Source: Desulfotalea psychrophila LSv54 (lineage in GTDB: Bacteria; Desulfobacterota; Desulfobulbia; Desulfobulbales; Desulfocapsaceae). Taken from it: DNA of 32,000 nucleotides. The position numbers and the translations under genes are program-made. The notes under the pieces are model-generated. The model was given only the letters and a program-made list of their open reading frames with translations. It was not told the DNA's origin and made no database searches. Within the stretch, counting starts at the first letter, position 1; every line of letters begins with the position of its first letter. The DNA lies in NCBI RefSeq assembly GCF_000025945.1, contig NC_006138.1, positions 2,340,001 through 2,372,000 on the forward strand. The letters are read 5' to 3'. Shown in pieces: positions 16,042 to 23,388 of this stretch.

Positions 16042-19000
16042 TCAGAACCGGAATTCGAGTTTCGCGGAACCGCCGTAATCGTAGCTGTTCGTCGACAAGG
16101 CGGTCTGGGCCCGTATTGACAGCGAAAGGTTGTCCTGTAGCTGCGCATCGAAGCCCACGGTTAAATCGCCCTGGCAACGGTCGGTGCCCATTGTGAAGTT
16201 CAGTTCTCCGAGCGAAGCATCCGCGTCCACCAGCGTCGAACTCGCGTCCATGCTCGGTTTGTTTAATACCACCGTGAGACCCGCCCGGATGAAGGCCAGC
16301 ATGGAGTGGTCATTGCCCGAGAAGGCCCGACCAAGCTCGATCATTGGGGTCATGGCGAGCCAGCCATCGCTGACCGACCCGACGTCCCAATTCAGGAGGC
16401 CGTTGCCGCTTTCGGTAAAACTGTCCTGCCAGACCTGTGTGTAGGCCAATGCGGCTGAGGGCTTGGCGTAGTAGCCACTTTGGCCTAAGAACACAGCCGA
16501 TGCCCGGACCTCGGCTCCGAGGAAGCCTCCGTCTATGTCGGAATTGGCTTGTTGCCAAATCTGGGAGGACTTGTAGGCCCGATCGTAGTTGAGTGAATAG
16601 ATCCCACCGGTCAGTGCTGTGGAGAGGGTGAACCTCCCGATCTCTTTCTTAAGAGCCAAGCCCAGCGAATAGCGCTCGCCATCCTGAGAAAAGTTGTCGC
16701 CGTCGATGGACAGCGTCTCGAATTGGCCCACTATCTCAATAAAGGTGTCGGCTGCGATCTCACGTTGCGAGCCGAGTGCGATACCCCAGGTGGTCTCGGA
16801 GAACTCAGGACTTTCTCCAGTGGCATTCTGGTTTAAATGCGAGCCGATTGCCTGGACCCAGGCACAGTCGTTCTGGCGCAGGAAGTCGGTGCCGGTCGTC
16901 GGGTCGAGTGTCGGACAGCTCTGCATTAGCTGGTTTAGCCTGTGCGATGCCGAGACCGCTCTGGTCGCCCCGATCAGGCTCTCTTCCGGGGTATGGCTAC
17001 CGTAGATTGCCGCTAGTTCGTCGGCACTGGTAGTGTTCAGAATCGTGGTCGCGTGCATGGATAAGGCTTCTTCCGTGTCGCCGCTCGCCGTGGCCTCAAT
17101 TGCCGCTAGTTTGTCGGCACTGGTAGTGTTTAGAATTGTGGTCGCGTGCATGGAGGCTTCTTCCGTGTTGCCGCTCGCCGTGGCCTCAATTGCCGCCATG
17201 GCGCTGCTTAAATATCTGGCATAACTGAGCGCATTGTTCCCTAGTTCTATTCCCGCTGCGCTGCCAGTATAGTCGATCGTGTAATTGACGAAGATATCGC
17301 TGGTCTTGTTGCTGAGGGTGTAGGTGACGGTCGGGGTGTTGACTAATGTCGCGGTCATTGTCTTGAGGTTAGCGTCATTCGTCAGCGAAACGATGTGCAG
17401 TACGCCGGTGTTGCCGCTGGAAAGGGTGGTGCTTCCAACCCAAACGGGTTGGATCACGCCGGTCAGGTTGATCTGCGCGCCCTGGGCAAGACCATCAAAA
17501 ACGATCTGGTCATTTAATACAGTCCCAGTCGAGTTTTGTTGGACATCGATCCAGAGTGTCCCGGCCTCGGCGTAGGTTTCACCGAGGCTCACCGTGCTTG
17601 TGCCGACTATGTTCTGGCCATAGGGCGACATGGTGCTGCCGTCGTAGCCTGTGTAGTTACCGAGCTTGCCAAGATAGACGGTCTTGCCGGCGTGGAAGTA
17701 CGCGGCCTGTAGGTTTTCGAACTCAGTCCGGTTGGAGTCGTCGAGTTGCAGCGAGCCCGAGAGGATGCCTCCGTTCCAATTGTGGATCCTGAGCGCCCCT
17801 TGAGAATCGTTAGCAATGACCACTGAGTCCGCGTTGGCGCTCTGGATTGTGCCCTCGTTCTGGATCATGTTGGAATAGCTGAGCGACCCGTCGGAATTAT
17901 AGTTTGACCGCCCCCCTGAGATAGCGATCGTCTCGTAGGCCGAACTGTTCGTCGTCTCGACCAGTCCGCCTTTATTGACATAGATGTGACTGGTGCCCCG
18001 GCATTCGGCGTCTTTGCACTGGGTGGAACCGCTGCTTTCGCTGCCCTGCGGATCGTCTGTGCCAATTTCCGAGGATTGGGCGAGGATCGCCCGGGCGTTC
18101 GCGCCCTCGGTTTTTACTGTGCCGGCGATACGCATCTTGACCCCACCGGAGTAGCCATCGGTGCCCGAAGCGCTCTGCGCGAAGATCCCGTGCGAGCCGG
18201 TGCCCTTGACATTAATCAAGCCGTCAATGGCTATGTCGACATAGCCACTGTTGCCGGCGTCTCCGGCGCTACCGATGCTTACGCTGTCCGTTTTGCTGCC
18301 AAGATTGCCACCGGCACCGCCGCTACCGCCGACGGACTGCACCCAGATCCCGTGGGCGTTTTCATTTGCCGTGTTAATCTGGCCGGTACTCGTGATGTTA
18401 ACATCGCCCCCGTCGCCACCCTGGCCACCGTTGTCCTTACCGAAAATCTGGGCCCCCATGGTTTCATAGAAATTGGCCACAGCGGTTACGATGCTACTTT
18501 CGATGTCACCGGCCGATCCACCGCCGCCACCGACCGATTGGGCATAAATACCCATGGCTCCGGAGCCTCCGGTACTGATATTGCCGCTGTTGGTGACGGC
18601 CACATTACCGCCGTTGCCGCCCCCAGATCCCGACCGTGCGACGGTGATAGAAGTCAGAAGCCCCTGACTCCCGTCGCCGCCACTGCCGCCGCCGCCGCCC
18701 ACGGATTGCGCGAAGATCGCCGTGCCGCTGTCGCCGGTTGTGGTCAGCGTGGCATCGTTTTCGACCGTGACGTTGCCGCCGGTGCCAGAGGCCCCAGCCT
18801 GGCCGCCGATGTCGATTTCAAAGGAGAGTTCGTCTTTGGGGAAGCCCTTCACGTCCTTGTAGGTGTCATAGAGGTCGTCCAGAAACTCGCCGGTATTCTT
18901 GATATCCGCGACCCAGCCCTTAAGCCCGGGCGAGCCGTTGCCGGAGTTGCCGCCACCACCGCCAACCGACTGGGCGTAGATCGCGTAGGAGGCGTTGCCG

Positions 19001-22000
19001 ACCGTCGAGATGGTGCCCGCCGAATGGGTTACCGACACGTCGTTGCCGTCACCAGAGACGCCTTGGTCGCCGCCCATGGTAAAGTTCAGAGAATAGCTTT
19101 TACCTTCGTCGGTCTTGGTCTGTTTCTTGGTGTAGCCAAAGGTATGGGACCCGGCTTGGCCGCCGTCCCCACCGCCGCCACCGACCGACTGGGCGTAGAT
19201 GCCGTAAGCGGTCTCGGTCTGCGTGGAGATGTCTCCGTTGTTTTGCACAGTTACCGAGCCGGCATCCTCCCCGCTGCCGCCTGAACCGCCCAGCGCCACG
19301 TTCGCGTTAACGTCGAGGTTATTGTCACCGGGCTTGTAGAAGAAGTCTCCCGCGAAGGCGAAGCCGTAGGCGCCGACGCCGCCGTTGCCGCCGACCGACT
19401 GCGCATAGATGCCATGGGAGTTGCCGCCCGATGTCTTGAGCGTGGCGTCATTCTCGACCGTCACAGAGCTGCCAACCGACCCGCTGCCGCCGTTGCCGCC
19501 GATCGAAACGGAGGCATCTACCGTCGGCCCGGTACTCCCCGACAGTGTGAAGGCGTAGCTGCCGCCACCCTTGCCGCCGTTGCCGCCGATCGATTGCGCG
19601 AAGATCCCGTAGGACAGATGTCCGGACGTTGTGATGTCGCCACCGCTGTTGTTGGTCACTGTGACCGCTTTCGCCGTGCCCGAGTCGCCGCCATCGCCGC
19701 CAACGGAGACGTTGACTGAACCACTACCGTCGGAGCTCAAATCGATCGCCCCTGCAATGATGGCACCGCCGTCGCCGCCGTTGCCGCCAACCGACTGGGC
19801 GGTAATCCCCGTGGAGTGATAGCCAGCGGTGGTGATTTGGCCCGAGTTGGTGATGTCGACCGTATCTGCAGTGCTACCCTTGCCGCCGCTACCGCCAACG
19901 GAGACGTTGACCGAGGCCGAGATCGGCCCGGCGCTTCCGGCTCCGGTACCCAGAAATCCGCCTACGCCGCCGCTCCCGCCCAGAGACTGGGCAAAGACCC
20001 CGTGCGAGCTGTCGCCCGACGTTTTAATATTTTCGGTGTTGGTCAGCGTCACCTTGCCGGCTGTGCCGCCGTTGCCGCCGTCTCCGCCGTGGGCGATGTT
20101 GAGATCACCCACGATGCCAAATGACGCTGAGGCCGTCACGCCCCCGGAGCCACCGCCCCCGCCCATACTCTGGGCCAGGACGCCGGTCGCACCCGAGCCA
20201 GCGGTGGTGACGGACGCGTTATTGATCAGCGTTATATCCGAGGCCATTCCGCCTAGACCGCCGTTGCCCCCATGGGTATAGCTGAGGCTGATACCGGCAT
20301 TGCCATTGACTGTGGTGCCAGCCGTGCCACCACCGCCGGCCACACTCTGGGCCATGACGCCGGTCGAGAGATTGCCGGATGTCGTCACGCTACCGGCGGT
20401 GGTCAGCTCCACCGTTCCCGACGAGCCGCCCGCACCACCGGATGAGCCGAGGCTGATACCGGCATTGATCGAGACGTCTCCGTCGACGGTATAACCCGCT
20501 TTGCCGCCACCGCCGCCGATGGACTGGGCGACGACGCCAAGTGCATTGTCGCCCTTGGTCTCGACCGTGCTGTCAGTTTGGACCCAGACCGCTCCGGCAG
20601 AGCCGGCAGTTCCCGCAGATGAACCCTGATTGCCAATGAACTGGCTGATTTCCCCGCCGACATTGGCATCGATAACGTTGCTCGACTGGCCACCGCCGCC
20701 ACCAATCGATTGCACCAGGATGCCGTCTGCGTGGTCGCCATCGGTCGTGGCATCGGTCTTGGAGTTTACCGTGACGTCGCCACCGGTCCCGCCGTCCTGA
20801 CCGCCCGCCCCCATGTCATGATTGAATTCAAGGGTGCTGCCTGCCTCGATGCTATTACCAGCCGAACCGCCGCCACCCCCGACCGACTGGACAAGGAGGG
20901 CCGAAGATGTAGCTCCGTGCGTGGTTACCGATCCGGTCAGGCCAACGGTATCCTTGTTGCCGACGTTGACGGTTCCACCGTGATGCGCTGCGGTCGTGGC
21001 CAAGGCGGCGGTCTGTTGGTTGAAGGTCAGGCCGATGTCGACGTTGACCACGTTGCCGCCGGTGCCGCCGCCACCGCCGATGGACTGCGCGACGAAGCCA
21101 TTAGACTTGAAACCGGAGGTTTCGATGTCGACGCTGCCGCCTTCGCTGGTGACCGTGATGTCGCCGCCTGAACCGCCATCGCCGCCCTGGGAGCCGAGGA
21201 CAGGCTTGATGATATCGAGGGCGGCAAGGGAGCTACCGCCATGGCCACCACCGCCGCCAACGGATGAAATCAGTACCCCGTCTGCGATGCTACCCTGCGT
21301 TGTGACCCCGAGCGTTCCACTCTTGAGATCAAAGGTCACGTCGGAGCCACTGCCGCCATCTCCACCGTTGGCTCCGAGGGCCCAGGGCCCTGTGGGCGAG
21401 GTCGACTTGCCGCCGCCGTTGCCGATACTCGAGATCATCACACCAACAGCATATTCGCCCTCGGTCGTGATGGTGGTGTTGCCGTCGGCGGAGAAGGTGG
21501 CAACATCACCATTGCCGCCTTTCCCTCCAGCACCGCCAAGGGCGACCACGCCTTCGTTCCCGCCGCTGGTGCCGCCGCCTCCGCCAGCGCTCAGCACGAA
21601 GATTCCTGACGCGTCGTCGCCCTTGGTAGTGATGGTGTTGGTGTCCGTCAGCGTGACGGTGACGTTACCGCCCGCGCCACCTGCACCACCTGCGGCACCG
21701 ATGGTGACAAAGCCATCGTCTTTCGAACCGACACCGCCGCCACCGCCCACCGAGAGTGCGCTTAGTCCAATAGAAGAGTTCCCTGTCGTAGCCACAGACA
21801 CGGCATTAAGGGTTGTCGTAACGGTATTGCCATCACCACCACTCGCGCCGTTGGCGCCATAGCCGACAAAGCCGCTCGCGCCGCCGGAGCTACCGGCGAA
21901 ACCGCCGACACTCTCCACGAGGATGGCCGAGGCTTCATCGCCTTTCGTGGTAATAGTTCCATTCGCGTAGCTGATCGTCGCCTCGCCACCCGGTCCCGGC

Positions 22001-23133
22001 ACGCTGGCAAGACCAGAGTCGCTGTCGAACCAGCTATCGCCTTTGCCGCCACTGCCGCTGGCGCCGCCGATACTCTGGATAAAGACGCCTTGCGCCTGGG
22101 CGCCCGAGGTCGTGATGTCGCCGGCGAAAGTCACATTGATCTCTCCAGCAGTGCCGCCGTGTCCGCCAACGCCTCCAACCCCTTCGGCCGTCCCATCCCC
22201 TTCGCCGCCGGTCCCTCCGTCCCCAGCCTCGCTGATAGCAACGATGCCATGTCCCGCATCGCCCGAGGTCGAGATTGCGTTCGAACTGCTGTCAGCGGTG
22301 AGCTCTACAATCCCGCCGTTGCCACCGGCACCACCAGTGCCGCCCGTAGCCTTGTTCGACGAAACCCCTTCACCCGCGGTGTTGCCGTTGCCGGCGACGC
22401 TAACCAGGGCGATACCGCTGCTGGCGCTCGTGGCGATGTCGACTGAATGCTGATCGTCGAGCCTCACGGTGATATCGCCGCCATTGCCACCGGCACCGCC
22501 GTTGCCGCCATTACCCTGATGAACCCCGCCGCTATGGTTGTGGCCCTCGCCGCCTTCGCCGCCGTTACCACCCCGGCTGAGCACGATAATACCTGGGCCG
22601 TTCTTCGCGGTGATTGGGAAAGGGGGCACCCCGCCGTTGTCAGCATTGGCTGTGATCGTCACGACGCTGCCATTACCACCGGCGCCGCCGACCCCGCCAT
22701 AGGCGGTGGTGGAGTATTTCTTGTCCTCATTGGCGTTGCCACCGATGCCGCCGTTGCCTTCGATCGAGATCCCGCCCGTGGCGCTGTCGATGCCAAAGCC
22801 CTTGTCGAAATGCATCATCAAGGACATATCGTACGAACTGTAGCCCTCCCCCCCCGGCTGACCATTCATATGCTTTCCGTCGGTCGCGTCGGTCCCCGGG
22901 CCCGCTTGGTCCGTAAACTTGAACGCATAGTCGCCGTCACTTGACAGGGAAGGCCCGAAATTACCCGTTACGTTTTCGTACAGGAAGTGGGTGGCAGTGC
23001 TTGACCCGACATTGAGGACCGGGATATCGCTGCCGGAGCAGGTATAGGTGCCATTATCATTGAGACATGACCCAATAGATAAAGTTGGCAACATAAAAAT
23101 AGATACCATCGAAAAAATGTGCGTCATTCTCAT
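16042..23133 (-). CDS. Giant autotransporter copy 2 (2363 aa)
   Basis: Same architecture as 8105..15103. I count only 6 substitutions across the C-terminal ~350 aa. AAGGAA lies upstream of the ATG at 23133. Confidence 0.93.
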   Translation of the reverse strand: MRMTHIFSMVSIFMLPTLSIGSCLNDNGTYTCSGSDIPVLNVGSSTATHFLYENVTGNFGPSLSSDGDYAFKFTDQAGPGTDATDGKHMNGQPGGEGYSSYDMSLMMHFDKGFGIDSATGGISIEGNGGIGGNANEDKKYSTTAYGGVGGAGGNGSVVTITANADNGGVPPFPITAKNGPGIIVLSRGGNGGEGGEGHNHSGGVHQGNGGNGGAGGNGGDITVRLDDQHSVDIATSASSGIALVSVAGNGNTAGEGVSSNKATGGTGGAGGNGGIVELTADSSSNAISTSGDAGHGIVAISEAGDGGTGGEGDGTAEGVGGVGGHGGTAGEINVTFAGDITTSGAQAQGVFIQSIGGASGSGGKGDSWFDSDSGLASVPGPGGEATISYANGTITTKGDEASAILVESVGGFAGSSGGASGFVGYGANGASGGDGNTVTTTLNAVSVATTGNSSIGLSALSVGGGGGVGSKDDGFVTIGAAGGAGGAGGNVTVTLTDTNTITTKGDDASGIFVLSAGGGGGTSGGNEGVVALGGAGGKGGNGDVATFSADGNTTITTEGEYAVGVMISSIGNGGGKSTSPTGPWALGANGGDGGSGSDVTFDLKSGTLGVTTQGSIADGVLISSVGGGGGHGGSSLAALDIIKPVLGSQGGDGGSGGDITVTSEGGSVDIETSGFKSNGFVAQSIGGGGGTGGNVVNVDIGLTFNQQTAALATTAAHHGGTVNVGNKDTVGLTGSVTTHGATSSALLVQSVGGGGGSAGNSIEAGSTLEFNHDMGAGGQDGGTGGDVTVNSKTDATTDGDHADGILVQSIGGGGGQSSNVIDANVGGEISQFIGNQGSSAGTAGSAGAVWVQTDSTVETKGDNALGVVAQSIGGGGGKAGYTVDGDVSINAGISLGSSGGAGGSSGTVELTTAGSVTTSGNLSTGVMAQSVAGGGGTAGTTVNGNAGISLSYTHGGNGGLGGMASDITLINNASVTTAGSGATGVLAQSMGGGGGSGGVTASASFGIVGDLNIAHGGDGGNGGTAGKVTLTNTENIKTSGDSSHGVFAQSLGGSGGVGGFLGTGAGSAGPISASVNVSVGGSGGKGSTADTVDITNSGQITTAGYHSTGITAQSVGGNGGDGGAIIAGAIDLSSDGSGSVNVSVGGDGGDSGTAKAVTVTNNSGGDITTSGHLSYGIFAQSIGGNGGKGGGSYAFTLSGSTGPTVDASVSIGGNGGSGSVGSSVTVENDATLKTSGGNSHGIYAQSVGGNGGVGAYGFAFAGDFFYKPGDNNLDVNANVALGGSGGSGEDAGSVTVQNNGDISTQTETAYGIYAQSVGGGGGDGGQAGSHTFGYTKKQTKTDEGKSYSLNFTMGGDQGVSGDGNDVSVTHSAGTISTVGNASYAIYAQSVGGGGGNSGNGSPGLKGWVADIKNTGEFLDDLYDTYKDVKGFPKDELSFEIDIGGQAGASGTGGNVTVENDATLTTTGDSGTAIFAQSVGGGGGSGGDGSQGLLTSITVARSGSGGGNGGNVAVTNSGNISTGGSGAMGIYAQSVGGGGGSAGDIESSIVTAVANFYETMGAQIFGKDNGGQGGDGGDVNITSTGQINTANENAHGIWVQSVGGSGGAGGNLGSKTDSVSIGSAGDAGNSGYVDIAIDGLINVKGTGSHGIFAQSASGTDGYSGGVKMRIAGTVKTEGANARAILAQSSEIGTDDPQGSESSGSTQCKDAECRGTSHIYVNKGGLVETTNSSAYETIAISGGRSNYNSDGSLSYSNMIQNEGTIQSANADSVVIANDSQGALRIHNWNGGILSGSLQLDDSNRTEFENLQAAYFHAGKTVYLGKLGNYTGYDGSTMSPYGQNIVGTSTVSLGETYAEAGTLWIDVQQNSTGTVLNDQIVFDGLAQGAQINLTGVIQPVWVGSTTLSSGNTGVLHIVSLTNDANLKTMTATLVNTPTVTYTLSNKTSDIFVNYTIDYTGSAAGIELGNNALSYARYLSSAMAAIEATASGNTEEASMHATTILNTTSADKLAAIEATASGDTEEALSMHATTILNTTSADELAAIYGSHTPEESLIGATRAVSASHRLNQLMQSCPTLDPTTGTDFLRQNDCAWVQAIGSHLNQNATGESPEFSETTWGIALGSQREIAADTFIEIVGQFETLSIDGDNFSQDGERYSLGLALKKEIGRFTLSTALTGGIYSLNYDRAYKSSQIWQQANSDIDGGFLGAEVRASAVFLGQSGYYAKPSAALAYTQVWQDSFTESGNGLLNWDVGSVSDGWLAMTPMIELGRAFSGNDHSMLAFIRAGLTVVLNKPSMDASSTLVDADASLGELNFTMGTDRCQGDLTVGFDAQLQDNLSLSIRAQTALSTNSYDYGGSAKLEFRF
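17009..17191 (-). repeat. Internal tandem repeat (93 + 90 bp) in copy 2, encoding AAIEATASG(D/N)TEEA(L)SMHATTILNTTSAD(E/K)L twice
   Basis: GCCGCTAGTT(T/C)GTCGGCACTGGTAGTGTT... occurs at 17009 and again at 17102. Copy 1 has a single unit (9093-9180 region). Confidence 0.9.
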
Positions 23134-23308
23134 AGTAATTCCTTAAAATAAAATCTAGAATTGAACTTTCCAGTAGGGCCACTAAAGGAATAAGCGTAAA
23201 GTTTGAGGGTAGTGAAGATTTGGTCGTGATGGCAAATGGGGAAAATTTCAATCGTATAATAATGGGGATTATTTTAATAAGTCAGCTCTCTACGATAAAG
23301 TAAATGAG

Positions 23309-23341
23309 CTTTCATCAAGAGGGAAAACCTCTTGATGAAAG
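23309..23341. terminator. Perfect 14-bp hairpin between the oxidoreductase gene and autotransporter copy 2
   Basis: CTTTCATCAAGAGG-GAAAA-CCTCTTGATGAAAG. Confidence 0.7.
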
Positions 23342-23354
23342 ATTGGCATTGCGA

Positions 23355-23372
23355 TCCCCGTTTGCACGGGGA
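23355..23372. terminator. Second small GC hairpin just downstream of the oxidoreductase stop codon
   Basis: TCCCCGT-TTGC-ACGGGGA is a 7-bp stem. Confidence 0.45.
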
Positions 23373-23388
23373 CACTAGCCTCTGTATG

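Larger units (their letters stand above)
15893..23175. repeat. Direct repeat unit 2 of the autotransporter tandem duplication (7283 bp)
   Basis: Same boundary sequences as unit 1. It is 93 bp longer, matching the 31-aa protein length difference. Confidence 0.9.

Noticed and set aside
16130-22944. Plus-strand ORFs opposite copy 2 (up to 432 aa, 17986..19284)
   Set aside because: Same explanation; their length follows from lack of stops opposite GGx/GCx codons.
23353-23380. GATCCCCGTTTGCACGGGGACAC resembles a type I CRISPR repeat core
   Set aside because: It occurs once, with no spacer periodicity and no cas genes. It is more likely a terminator hairpin.
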